Shown here: piece by piece, positions 8,472 through 17,261 of the stretch
How the letters are laid out: every line of letters starts with the position of its first letter
Numbering within the stretch: position 1 is the first letter of the stretch
Assembly: GCA_035532555.1 (NCBI GenBank)
Contig: DATKQS010000006.1
Coordinates: 9,380 to 73,379 of the forward strand
DNA length: 64,000 nt
Reading direction: 5' to 3'
From: Thermoplasmata archaeon
Lineage (GTDB): Archaea > Thermoplasmatota > Thermoplasmata > Lutacidiplasmatales > UBA184
Program-made: the position numbers and the translations under genes
The notes under the pieces: model-generated
Seen by the model: the letters and a program-made list of their open reading frames with translations, nothing else
Told to the model about the DNA's origin: nothing
Database searches by the model: none

Positions 8472-10607
8472 GTGCGGAAAGGCGTTAATACACCTCCCCG
8501 CTTTGTTTTTACTGACGGAGCCCGTGGGGTCCACGGCAGCACCCGTCCGAGGGAACGTACGTCCACACCAGCCGAAGGCGCCATCCAGCCCGCGGCAACG
8601 CCCCCTCCGTCGGAACCACCCACACCTCCCCCACCGACGGCCCCCCCATCGGCTCCGCTGCCGACCCCTCTCGATGACTGGGGTAAGTCCTTGCCCTTCA
8701 CGACCACCGCCCAGGTCGAGGTGCCGGCTCGACTCCTCGATCAGGTCATCGGCCAGGACGATGCGGTGGAGATCGCCAAGAAGGCCGCGAACCAGAAGCG
8801 GCACATGATGCTCATCGGCGACCCCGGGACGGGCAAGAGCATGCTCGCCCGCGCCATGGTCGATTTCCTGCCGAAGGAGCAGCTGCAGGACATTCTCGCG
8901 TACCCGAACGTGGACGATCCCAACGAGCCGAAGATCCGCGTCGTGCCCGCGGGGAAGGGCAAGGAGATCGTCGCCGCTCAGAAGCTCGAGGCCGCCCAGC
9001 GGCGCGGTCAGCGCATGAACCTGATGGTGATCATCGCGCTCCTCATCGTCGGATTCACCGTTTACATCGCGCTCACGACGGGGAACCTGACGGCGATCCT
9101 GATCGGCCTGCTTCTGATCTTCATCCTCTACGCGATCTTCCGCTTCTCCGCGGGACGGTCGGAAGGCGGTGGCTCGGTCGCGAAGCTGCTCGTCTCCCAC
9201 ACGCCGGACGACAAGCCCCCGTTCATCGACGCGACGGGCGCCCACGCCGGCGCGCTTCTCGGGGACGTCAAGCACGACCCGTTCCAGTCCGGCGGTCTCG
9301 AGACCCCGCCCCATGAGCGGGTGGAGGTCGGCGCGATCCACCGTGCGAACGGCGGCGTGCTGTTCCTGGACGAGATCAACCTGCTCAAGATCGAGAGCCA
9401 GCACTCGCTGTTGACCGCGCTCCAGGAGCGCCGCTTCTCGATCGTGGGCCAGTCCGAGCGCTCGGCGGGAGCGATGGTGAAGACCGAGCCGGTGCCGGCC
9501 GACTTCATCCTGGTCGCCGCGGGGAACGTCGACAGCGTCCAGACGATGCACCCGGCGCTGCGCTCGAGGATCCGCGGCTACGGGTACGAACTCTACGTCA
9601 AGACCACGATGGCCGATATCCCCGAGAACCGCATGAAGCTCGTGCGGTTCGTGGCCCAGGAAGTGGTCAAGGACAAGAAGATCCCCCACTTCGACATGGC
9701 CGCCGTCGTCGAGGTGGTCCGGGAGGCCCAACGCCGCTCGGGACGCTCGGGCCAATTGACGCTGCGCCTGCGTGAGCTCGGGGGCCTCGTGCGCGTGGCG
9801 GGCGATGTGGCGAACGCGGAGAGCGCACCGATCGTACGGGCCGATCACGTCGTACGGGCCAAGCGCTCCAGCCGCTCGCTCGAACAGCAGATCGCCGACC
9901 GATACATCGAGCGGCGCAAGGAGTACCGCATGTTCTCCGTAGACGGCGCTGCCGTCGGTGTGGTCAACGGTCTGGCCGCGATCAGTGCCCAGACGGGGAT
10001 GTCCGAGTTCTCCGGTATCGTGCTCCCGATCGTTGCGGAGGTGACGCCGGCCCAGACCCGCGATGGAGGCGTCGTCGTGGCGACGGGCAAGCTCGGCGAC
10101 ATCGCGAAGGAAGCCGTCCAGAACGTCAGCGCCCTCATCAAGAAGTACACGGGCGCCGACATCTCGCGCTACGATATCCACATCCAGTTCGTCGGAACCT
10201 CCGACGGCGTGGAGGGCGACTCCGCCTCGGTGTCGATCGCGACGGCCGTGATCAGTGCTCTCGAAGGAGTTCCTGTGGACCAAGCCCTCGCCATGACCGG
10301 CTCGCTGAGCGTCCGTGGAACGGTGCTGCCCGTGGGCGGAGTGACCGCCAAGGTCGAGGCCGCCGCCGACTCCGGCATCAAGCGGGTCCTCGTGCCCGAG
10401 GACAACATCGACGACCTCGTTCTCGAGGCACGCTACCGCGGCATGATCGAGGTCATCCCGGTCCGGACCCTGCGCGACGTGCTGAAGTATGCCCTCGTGG
10501 GACAGACCGCTCAGAAGGAGTCGCTCTTGGAACGCCTCACCGCGATGGTCCATGCGACGAGCCGCACCCCCTCGGATGGCCCGCCCCGGCCGACGGTAAA
10601 CTCGTGA
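8472..10607 (+). CDS. lonB: Archaeal membrane-bound ATP-dependent Lon protease (LonB)
   Basis: [33 protein letters not shown]-terminal motif; Walker [13 protein letters not shown]; two TM helices inserted in the AAA+ domain; S16 protease domain with catalytic Ser (DGDSASVS). The only in-frame start upstream of the conserved N-terminus is GTG 8472, which gives a Pro-rich ~65 aa extension. Confidence 0.9.
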   Translation: MRKGVNTPPRFVFTDGARGVHGSTRPRERTSTPAEGAIQPAATPPPSEPPTPPPPTAPPSAPLPTPLDDWGKSLPFTTTAQVEVPARLLDQVIGQDDAVEIAKKAANQKRHMMLIGDPGTGKSMLARAMVDFLPKEQLQDILAYPNVDDPNEPKIRVVPAGKGKEIVAAQKLEAAQRRGQRMNLMVIIALLIVGFTVYIALTTGNLTAILIGLLLIFILYAIFRFSAGRSEGGGSVAKLLVSHTPDDKPPFIDATGAHAGALLGDVKHDPFQSGGLETPPHERVEVGAIHRANGGVLFLDEINLLKIESQHSLLTALQERRFSIVGQSERSAGAMVKTEPVPADFILVAAGNVDSVQTMHPALRSRIRGYGYELYVKTTMADIPENRMKLVRFVAQEVVKDKKIPHFDMAAVVEVVREAQRRSGRSGQLTLRLRELGGLVRVAGDVANAESAPIVRADHVVRAKRSSRSLEQQIADRYIERRKEYRMFSVDGAAVGVVNGLAAISAQTGMSEFSGIVLPIVAEVTPAQTRDGGVVVATGKLGDIAKEAVQNVSALIKKYTGADISRYDIHIQFVGTSDGVEGDSASVSIATAVISALEGVPVDQALAMTGSLSVRGTVLPVGGVTAKVEAAADSGIKRVLVPEDNIDDLVLEARYRGMIEVIPVRTLRDVLKYALVGQTAQKESLLERLTAMVHATSRTPSDGPPRPTVNS

Positions 10608-10849
10608 GAGCGCAAACCCATCCGGTCCCGCGGCACCCCGTGCCGCTCGCGCGCACGCCGGCGAGCCTATCGGACACGGACGAAGAGGATGTGGCGCCGT
10701 TCATCGACCGGCCCTGCTACGTGTTCAACCCGCGCCTCCGGCTCACCATGAACGATCGTCGGTGCGAACACTGCGCTCACTACCTTACCCCGCGCTGTCC
10801 ATCCATCGAGGAGTTCCTCGACAACGTGGAAGAGCTCAGCCCGGAGTGA
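10604..10849 (+). CDS. Small Cys4 zinc-finger-like hypothetical protein
   Basis: 81 aa with CYVFNP...[13 protein letters not shown]; overlaps the lonB stop by 4 nt and precedes nadM. No recognisable family. Confidence 0.3.
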   Translation: MRAQTHPVPRHPVPLARTPASLSDTDEEDVAPFIDRPCYVFNPRLRLTMNDRRCEHCAHYLTPRCPSIEEFLDNVEELSPE

Positions 10850-10855
10850 GGGTCC

Positions 10856-11398
10856 ATGGCGCGTGGACTCTACATGGGGCGCTTCCAACCGTTCCACCGG
10901 GGCCACCTCGAGACGATCCGCGCCATCCGCGCCGACGAGGCTCGGGAGGACCTGATCGTGGGAGTGGGCAGTGCGCAAGACTCCTACCAGTGGAACAATC
11001 CGTTCACCGCGGGCGAGCGGGTCGAGATGATCGGCCGCGCGCTCGACGAGGCGCGCATCGGCGGCTGCATGCTCGTCCCGATCATCGACATCCACCGCCA
11101 TGCCGAGTGGGTGGCGTATCTCGAGGGGCTGTTGCCCGTCTTCGACCGGATCTACACGAACAATCCTCTGACACGGCTGTTGTTTGAGCAGTCCGGCTAC
11201 ACCGTGACCGACACCCCGCTCATCGAACGCGATCAACTCGAGGGCACGCGCATCCGCGCCCGGATCGCCGAAGGCCAGGACGTCAGCGGAGAGCTCCCTC
11301 CGGCGGTGGTACGGTACCTCGACCAGCTGAACGCACGGGCCCGGCTCGCGCTCTTGCGAGCGGACCGAAACGCGCCGCCCCAGAGCGGTCGCCCATGA
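10856..11398 (+). CDS. nadM: Nicotinamide-nucleotide adenylyltransferase (archaeal NMNAT)
   Basis: GRFQPFHRGH nucleotidyltransferase (H/T)xGH motif at the N-terminus; 180 aa. Confidence 0.85.
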   Translation: MARGLYMGRFQPFHRGHLETIRAIRADEAREDLIVGVGSAQDSYQWNNPFTAGERVEMIGRALDEARIGGCMLVPIIDIHRHAEWVAYLEGLLPVFDRIYTNNPLTRLLFEQSGYTVTDTPLIERDQLEGTRIRARIAEGQDVSGELPPAVVRYLDQLNARARLALLRADRNAPPQSGRP

Positions 11399-12612
11399 GC
11401 CAGGAGCCCTCGCGTCCTCCCCCTCGTCGGGGGTTCGAGCCCCTCCCGGAATGGGTCGGCCCCACCACCCGCCTCATCCACGGCGCCCGTCGACCGGAGC
11501 TGAACGCGGGTGCCGTGGTACCTCCGATCTACCAGACGAGCACCTTCCACTACCCCGCGTCCCACTCCGAGGCGGCCGAGCATGGATCGGTCTACATGTA
11601 CACTCGGAACCTGAACCCAAGCCACGAGGGACCGGCGGAGATCATCCGCCAGCTGGAGGGCGCAGAGACCGCGCGGCTCTTTGGTTCCGGCATGGGAGCG
11701 ATCACCACCACGCTCCTCTCGCTGCTCCAGCCGGGTGACGAGGTCGTGGCGCTCGAGGGCCTCTACGGCGGTTCGCTCGGGATCCTCCGGACCTTGCTAC
11801 CGAAGTTCGGAGTGCGCGTCCGTTGGGTCTCGGAAGAGGCGGCTCACGAGCCCGAGGCGGCGATCGGACCCGCGGCCCGTCTGGTCTTCATTGAGTCCCC
11901 CACCAATCCACTGCTCCGGGTCCATGATATCGCACGCTGGGCGGAGGTCGCGCATCGCGCGGGAGCTCTCCTGCTCGTCGACAATACCTTCGCGACTCCC
12001 ATCAACCAGCGGCCGATTCCCCTGGGCGCCGATCTCGTGGTGCACTCCGTCACGAAGTATCTGGGCGGGCATTCGGACCTCATCGGGGGTGTGCTGGTGG
12101 GCTCGAAGGAACTCGTGGACCCGATCGACCCGAGCGCCAACGTCGGGTCCACTCTGGACCCGTTCGCGGCCTTTCTCCTGGATCGGAGCCTCAAGACCCT
12201 CTCCCTGCGCATGGCCCGCCACAACGAGAACGGCCGGCGGGTCGCGGAGGCACTGGCAACTCATCCCGAGCTCGCCCGGGTCCACTACCCGGGCCGCGCG
12301 AGCCCGGAGGAGGAAGCGATCGCACGGCGACAGATGCAGGGACGCTCGGGCGTCGTCTCGCTTTCCCTCGCCCGGGGCGCCTCGGCGATCCCGAAGTTCC
12401 TCGGTCGGCTCCGATTCGTACATGTGGCCGCGAGCCTCGGCGGCGTCGAGAGCCTCGCGAGCGTCCCGGGCGAGACATCGCACCGGCACCTCTCCGCCGC
12501 CGAGCGACGGGCGCGAGGGATCGATGACGGACTCATCCGGGTCAGCCTCGGGATCGAGGACGCGGAGGACCTGATTCGCGACCTGACCGAGGCGCTCGAT
12601 ACACTCCGCTGA
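11395..12612 (+). CDS. PLP-dependent Cys/Met metabolism enzyme (cystathionine gamma-synthase / beta-lyase / methionine gamma-lyase family)
   Basis: SVTKYLGGHSDLIGG with PLP-lysine; N-terminal TTRLIHGAR...PPIYQTSTF. 405 aa. Confidence 0.85.
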   Translation: MSQEPSRPPPRRGFEPLPEWVGPTTRLIHGARRPELNAGAVVPPIYQTSTFHYPASHSEAAEHGSVYMYTRNLNPSHEGPAEIIRQLEGAETARLFGSGMGAITTTLLSLLQPGDEVVALEGLYGGSLGILRTLLPKFGVRVRWVSEEAAHEPEAAIGPAARLVFIESPTNPLLRVHDIARWAEVAHRAGALLLVDNTFATPINQRPIPLGADLVVHSVTKYLGGHSDLIGGVLVGSKELVDPIDPSANVGSTLDPFAAFLLDRSLKTLSLRMARHNENGRRVAEALATHPELARVHYPGRASPEEEAIARRQMQGRSGVVSLSLARGASAIPKFLGRLRFVHVAASLGGVESLASVPGETSHRHLSAAERRARGIDDGLIRVSLGIEDAEDLIRDLTEALDTLR

Positions 12613-12743
12613 GCGAACAATCCCGACAGAGCTTGGACTGGCCCCACGCGACCGAGCGGCCGCTCCGACCTTGTCCCGCGACCGTTCAGTCAGGGGCCCG
12701 ACCAGTAAGATTATAGTCCGAGCCCTTTCGTCGCACAGACGGT

Positions 12744-12817
12744 GCCACCGTAGCTCAGTTTGGCAGAGCGGCTGATTCGTAATCAGCAGGTCGAGGGTTC
12801 AAGTCCCTCCGGTGGCT
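12744..12817 (+). tRNA. tRNA-Thr (anticodon CGU)
   Basis: 7-bp acceptor stem GCCACCG/CGGTGGC; D-arm AGCTCAGTTTGGCAGAGC; anticodon stem-loop GCTGA-TTCGTAA-TCAGC; T-arm GAGGG-TTCAAGT-CCCTC. No encoded CCA. Confidence 0.75.
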
Positions 12818-12883
12818 GAAGGCTTACGCTCGGCTCCGTCATCTTTACCTATCTGTGGAATTGCACATCGCGGGAACCCTCCC

Positions 12884-13396
12884 ATGGACATCGACCAAGT
12901 TCTGAGATTGATCGCGATCTCGGCGGGGATCGTCGTCGTTATCGTCATCGTTTTCGAGCTGTTCCTCCGGCTCATCTGCAGGGTAGTCCGCCGGAGCGGG
13001 GGCACCGAGTCCAGCATTCGGACGATCACGGAAGTGATCCGGATCGTCTACGTACTCATCGCGGCCATCGCGGTGGCCTCGTACACTGGGATCGCCAACA
13101 GCCTGACCGTCCTGACCCTGAGCGGAGTCGCCGGTCTGCTCGTCTCTCTGGCCCTCCAGCCGACGCTATCGAACATGATCTCGGGTTACTACCTCATGCG
13201 AGAAGGGCTGATTCGCGTGGGCGATGTCGTCGTCTACAGCCCGGTGAAGGGCCGGGTGATCCGCGTCGCGCTGCGGAACACCTGGATCCTCACGGAGACG
13301 GGGGACGTCGTCGTCGTGGGGAACACGAGCCTGTTCAACGGCCCGCTGATCAACGTCACTCGATCCCCCGGCTTCATCCAGCAGTACCAGCGCTAG
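12884..13396 (+). CDS. Small-conductance mechanosensitive channel (MscS family)
   Basis: MscS core: TM3 (GLLVSLALQPTLSNMISG) then a beta-domain (GDVVVYSPVKGRVIRVALRNTWILTETGDVVVVGNTSL). The upstream ATG (12812) overlaps tRNA-Thr, so internal Met 12884 is preferred. Confidence 0.7.
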   Translation: MDIDQVLRLIAISAGIVVVIVIVFELFLRLICRVVRRSGGTESSIRTITEVIRIVYVLIAAIAVASYTGIANSLTVLTLSGVAGLLVSLALQPTLSNMISGYYLMREGLIRVGDVVVYSPVKGRVIRVALRNTWILTETGDVVVVGNTSLFNGPLINVTRSPGFIQQYQR

Positions 13397-13428
13397 GACC
13401 GCCTGCACCTCCGAGATCGGAGGGTCTG

Positions 13429-13448
13429 GTATTACTATTTTGCAATAC
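13429..13448. promoter_or_regulatory. Inverted repeat GTATT-N10-AATAC in an AT-rich island ~40-60 bp upstream of hoxN; candidate NikR operator
   Basis: Perfect 5-bp inverted half-sites separated by 10 nt in the only AT-rich stretch between mscS and hoxN; nikR is encoded immediately downstream of hoxN. Confidence 0.35.
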
Positions 13449-13486
13449 GTCCTAAGGCTTATCTGGCCCCTCCTTTAGGAGAGGTC

Positions 13487-14635
13487 GTGGGAGCAGTTCC
13501 CGCGAGTGCATCTGGCGTCCCGCGCCCCTCCCCGCCTCCGACCCGGGGGGTGCTCGCGCCTCCCCCGCTCAATGGGGAGGAGAAGATCTTCCTCCTAATC
13601 CTGTTCACCGTCATCGCCGTCGTGACGGGGGTCGCGTTCATCCTCCTCGGGGTCGTTGCCAACACCTACTACAGCACCCCGGTGACCTCGAACCTCGCCA
13701 CGGGAAGTGTGACGTTCTTCGGGGCGGGGATCCTCGCCTACACCTTCGGGCTGCGCCACGGAGTGGATGCGGACCACATTGCCGCCATCGACAACACCAC
13801 ACGCAAGCTGATGGCGGACGGGAAGCGCCCGCTCACGGTCGGAACCTGGTTCTCCCTCGGCCACTCGACCATCGTCTTCGTGCTGTCGATCGGGATCGTC
13901 CTCGCGGCCAACTACGTCAACAGCCACATCGGCGCGATCCAGAGCATCGGCCAGATCCTCGGGACGGCGATCTCCGGCGGATTCCTCTACCTCATCGGGA
14001 TCATCAACCTGATCATCGTGGTCGAGGTCTATCGGATCTTCAAGAAGCTTAGAACCGGTCGGATGAACGATGCCGAGCTGGAGGACCACCTCCGGAACCG
14101 CGGCTTCATGAACCGCTACTTCGGAAAGATGTTCAACATCGTCCAGACCCCCCGCCAGGTCTACCCCGTCGGTGTGCTCTTCGGGCTCGGGTTCGACACG
14201 GCGAGCGAGATCTTCCTGCTCGGGACGGTGGCGGTCCTGGGGCTCGCCGGGGCCCCGGTCTACGTCGTCCTCGTGCTGCCGCTGCTGTTCACGTGCGGGA
14301 TGGTCCTGGTGGACACCGCGGACGGAGCCACGATGCGCTACGCCTACGGCTGGGCGTTCCATCGGCCCGTACGGAAGATCTTCTACAACCTCACGGTCAC
14401 GATCATCTCCGTCCTCGTCGCGTTCGTCATCGGGACGGTCGAGCTCCTGCAGGTCTTGGCGATCGAGTTCGGCTGGTCGGGACCGTTCTGGTCCGCGCTG
14501 GTGAATCTCGAGTTCGAGACGCTGGGCTACTTCGTGATCGGCACCTTCGTGGTCACCTGGGCGATCGCCACGGCGATCTATCGGATCAATCGGTACGATT
14601 CGATCGAGGTCGCGACGCCTCCCGAGCCAACCTAA
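13487..14635 (+). CDS. hoxN: High-affinity nickel/cobalt transporter (HoxN/HupN/NixA family)
   Basis: Signature GLRHGVDADHIAAIDNTTRK (HoxN motif HAxDADHI) in TM2; 8 predicted TM; 382 aa. GTG start. Confidence 0.85.
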   Translation: MGAVPASASGVPRPSPPPTRGVLAPPPLNGEEKIFLLILFTVIAVVTGVAFILLGVVANTYYSTPVTSNLATGSVTFFGAGILAYTFGLRHGVDADHIAAIDNTTRKLMADGKRPLTVGTWFSLGHSTIVFVLSIGIVLAANYVNSHIGAIQSIGQILGTAISGGFLYLIGIINLIIVVEVYRIFKKLRTGRMNDAELEDHLRNRGFMNRYFGKMFNIVQTPRQVYPVGVLFGLGFDTASEIFLLGTVAVLGLAGAPVYVVLVLPLLFTCGMVLVDTADGATMRYAYGWAFHRPVRKIFYNLTVTIISVLVAFVIGTVELLQVLAIEFGWSGPFWSALVNLEFETLGYFVIGTFVVTWAIATAIYRINRYDSIEVATPPEPT

Positions 14636-14641
14636 AGGTCG

Positions 14642-15160
14642 ATGCCGCGTTCCGCCCCTTCGTTGACGAAGCGCCGCCGGGCCCCGGTCGTTCGCCTGAG
14701 CGCCTCGCTCGAGCCGGAGCTATTGGGCCTATTGGACCGCTGGGTCCAAGAGCGCAATTCGCCCAGCCGTTCGGACGCGATCCGCGCCCTGATCCGAAAG
14801 GAACTGACCGAGGAGAAGCTCGGGGATCCCGAGGCGGACGCCGTCGCCTGCGTCACCCTCCTGTACCGGCACGATGCGCCCAACGTTCTGCGTCGGCTCA
14901 CCGCCGAGGAACATCGCTGGGGGGACCACATCCGATTCTCCGGACACGTCCACCTCCAGGGAGGATCGTGCATGGAGATCCTCGCGTTGCTCGGGAAACG
15001 TCGCGAGGTCATCCAGGCGGCCGAGGACCTTCGGGGGATCAAGGGCGTGGCGTTCGGTGACTACTCCATCACCAGCCCGAGCATCATCGGTGGCCGAACG
15101 GGGCATCGGCACCCCCACGCGGGACCCGGTCCTCGACGCACCCACGCTCCACGGCGGTGA
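14642..15160 (+). CDS. nikR: Nickel-responsive transcriptional regulator NikR
   Basis: N-terminal ribbon-helix-helix (VVRLSASLEPELLGLLD...SRSDAIRALIR); C-terminal ACT-like domain with His/Cys nickel ligands (HRWGDHIRFSGHVHLQGGSC). Adjacent to hoxN. Confidence 0.8.
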   Translation: MPRSAPSLTKRRRAPVVRLSASLEPELLGLLDRWVQERNSPSRSDAIRALIRKELTEEKLGDPEADAVACVTLLYRHDAPNVLRRLTAEEHRWGDHIRFSGHVHLQGGSCMEILALLGKRREVIQAAEDLRGIKGVAFGDYSITSPSIIGGRTGHRHPHAGPGPRRTHAPRR

Positions 15161-15280
15161 CGAGACCACCCGGGGGCTCCTCGCGATGATCCACTCGGCG
15201 GAGCCCAGGGCGACCCGGGCCCGCCGAGCGGGGAGGAGCCACCCCCGCAGGATGCGAGGGACGCGTGATGCGCGGGCGCG

Positions 15281-15748
15281 TCAGCCGCTGACCGTCGCCT
15301 GAACGATGCGGACCGGCGCCTTCGGCCGGTCGTTCGAGTCTCGAGGGACCGCAGCGATCTTTTCTACGACCTGCTGGCCGGAGCGAACGCGGCCGAAGAT
15401 CGCATGGCGGTTGTCCAGCCACGCCGCCGGTCCGAGCGTAATGAAGAACTGACTCCCGCCGGTGTTCGGTCCGGCATTCGCCATGGAGAGGACGCCGGGC
15501 CCGTCGTGACGCAGTTCGCGGTGGAACTCGTCGGGGATGGAGTACCCCGGCCCGCCCGTACCATCTCCCTTCGGGTCCCCTCCCTGGATCATGAACCCCG
15601 GGATCACCCGGTGGAAGGACAGTCCGTCATAGAATCCCTTCTTGACCAGACCGATGAAATTCTCGGCGGTCTTCGGCGCCTTGTCGCGGAACACTTCGAT
15701 GCGGATGTCGCCCATCGTCGTCTGAAACTGTACGGTCGGATTCGCCAT
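15281..15748 (-). CDS. ppiB: Peptidyl-prolyl cis-trans isomerase (cyclophilin type)
   Basis: Cyclophilin core (FHRVIPGFMIQGGDP...GGSQFFITL); 155 aa. This is the C-terminal part of a longer spurious open frame; start at internal MANPTVQF. Confidence 0.9.
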   Translation of the reverse strand: MANPTVQFQTTMGDIRIEVFRDKAPKTAENFIGLVKKGFYDGLSFHRVIPGFMIQGGDPKGDGTGGPGYSIPDEFHRELRHDGPGVLSMANAGPNTGGSQFFITLGPAAWLDNRHAIFGRVRSGQQVVEKIAAVPRDSNDRPKAPVRIVQATVSG

Positions 15749-15819
15749 GGTTCTTCCCTCCCCCGTGGGGGCAGAACGCGAGAGCGCGGAGCCGTACTTG
15801 AGGGGCGCGGGAGCGACCG

Positions 15820-16266
15820 CTAGTAGAAGTGCTCGTGGACGAGCAGGAGATAGACCAGGATCACGATCGTCACGATCACCGGGACCGTGAAGAAGGCGGA
15901 GGCGAGCACGCTCCCCGTGATGTTCGCCCGGCTGTTGTAGATCGGGCGGCCCACGTCGAACAGGAAGGAGACGATCAGCACCAAGACCGCGAGCGCGTAG
16001 GCCCACAGTGCCTGGTCCCACAGGCCGAAGGCGACCGCGAGGAGTATCAGTCCGAAGACGAGGGTCACGATCCCCGCGAGGAGGGTCTGACCGAACCACG
16101 TGGCGAACTGGCCGGAGGAGATCGCATGGACGAGGTTCGCCAGGACCACGATGATCCCGCCGACGAACAGGAAGGCTCCGACGATGCCAACCAGGATCGC
16201 GATGACCGCTACGCCGAGGGGCAATCCGGGAGTGCCATATCGGTCGGTCATCGAAGGCGGATGCAT
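15820..16266 (-). CDS. Hypothetical integral membrane protein (4 TM)
   Basis: 148 aa, four strongly hydrophobic helices; no recognisable family. Confidence 0.45.
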   Translation of the reverse strand: MHPPSMTDRYGTPGLPLGVAVIAILVGIVGAFLFVGGIIVVLANLVHAISSGQFATWFGQTLLAGIVTLVFGLILLAVAFGLWDQALWAYALAVLVLIVSFLFDVGRPIYNSRANITGSVLASAFFTVPVIVTIVILVYLLLVHEHFY

Positions 16267-16380
16267 GCCTGCGAGTCGTACTTAACCTCTCGTTTTTCGC
16301 GCCAGCAAGCCCGTCCTTATCTGGCTGTTCTGCCGTCGCCGGACGCCCCCAGCACCTCACTCGGAGCGCGGAAGGAGTCG

Positions 16381-16923
16381 ATGGAGGATCTCGGTGTGCC
16401 TCGCGGCGTCGCTATCCCCGAAACCCAGGAGGTTCAGGTCCACTTTGACGGCGCCTGCCAGCCTCCTCGAGGAGGGGGCGTCTCCACGTACGGGTTCGTG
16501 GTCGAAGGAGCGGGGCTCTTCTACGAGGAGTGCGGGCTCGCGGTCCCTCCATTCTCCGAGCATGCCACGAACAACGTGGGGGAGTACGTGGGCGCGATCC
16601 GGGCTCTGGAGTGGCTGAGCTCCCGTCGCTTCCGCGGCCGGGTCCTCCTCTTCGGAGACAGTCAGCTCGTGATCCGCCAGATCTCGGGCGAGTACGCCGT
16701 TCGCAAGGAGCACCTCAAGGAGTACCACCGCTGGCTCACGACACTCTCGAAGGGCTTCTCGGAGGTGCGCTTCGAATGGATCCCGAGAACCCAGAACTCG
16801 CGGGCCGATGAACTCTCCAAGCAAGCGCTGGCAGAGCACGCCGCTCAGGCGAGCAAGTCTCGAGCGGGGCGCGGGCTTAGGGAAACGGGGGTCTACGTCA
16901 ATCCGGTCCCGGACGACCTCTGA
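16381..16923 (+). CDS. rnhA: Ribonuclease HI
   Basis: RNase H fold with DEDD residues (VHFDGAC, ...EYVGAIRALEW..., FGDSQLVIRQ, ...NSRADELSK). Start at internal MEDLGV; the upstream part of the ORF is antisense to the membrane protein gene. Confidence 0.85.
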   Translation: MEDLGVPRGVAIPETQEVQVHFDGACQPPRGGGVSTYGFVVEGAGLFYEECGLAVPPFSEHATNNVGEYVGAIRALEWLSSRRFRGRVLLFGDSQLVIRQISGEYAVRKEHLKEYHRWLTTLSKGFSEVRFEWIPRTQNSRADELSKQALAEHAAQASKSRAGRGLRETGVYVNPVPDDL

Positions 16924-17261
16924 TCAGACGTAGCGTACGGTGTAGACGAGGGTTCGCCCCTCGGCCGCGGCCTGAGCGCGGGCCGCGTCGAGCGACGTGG
17001 CAACGGTCGCAGCGGCCTCCAGGCTGAGGCGGTGGTGCCCCCGGATCGGGGGCCATGATCGAAGAGGCCCGGAGCGATCGTCCTCGCGCGCCGGTGCGGC
17101 GGTCGGTCGGGAACCCACCCTCGAGCCCATCGAGGTCGCCATAGTTCGTTGAGCGTCGACCCCATTCTGCTTGATAAAGACGAAGTTCGACCCGCACCTC
17201 TCGCGCCGGGAGGGGCGCGGCCGGCGACGCCTGATAAGAGCCGGCGGGCCTAGCCGCCGCG

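Noticed and set aside
8600-8690. CCN-rich low-complexity stretch (Pro codon run), considered as a possible tandem repeat or CRISPR-like array
   Set aside because: It has no regular repeat/spacer periodicity and lies within the only available reading frame for the LonB N-terminus. I treat it as a coding low-complexity segment.
8394-10553. N-terminal ~720 codons of the 1137-aa minus-strand ORF
   Set aside because: It lies antisense to the well-supported lonB gene and its translation is low-complexity Arg/Gly/Asp-rich, a high-GC artefact. Only the TnpB portion (7140-8393) is kept.
16924-17261. 72-aa minus-strand ORF (16924-17142) between rnhA and the M2 peptidase
   Set aside because: It has no motifs or start context and the region is GC-rich with open frames on several strands. 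Evidence is insufficient to call a gene.
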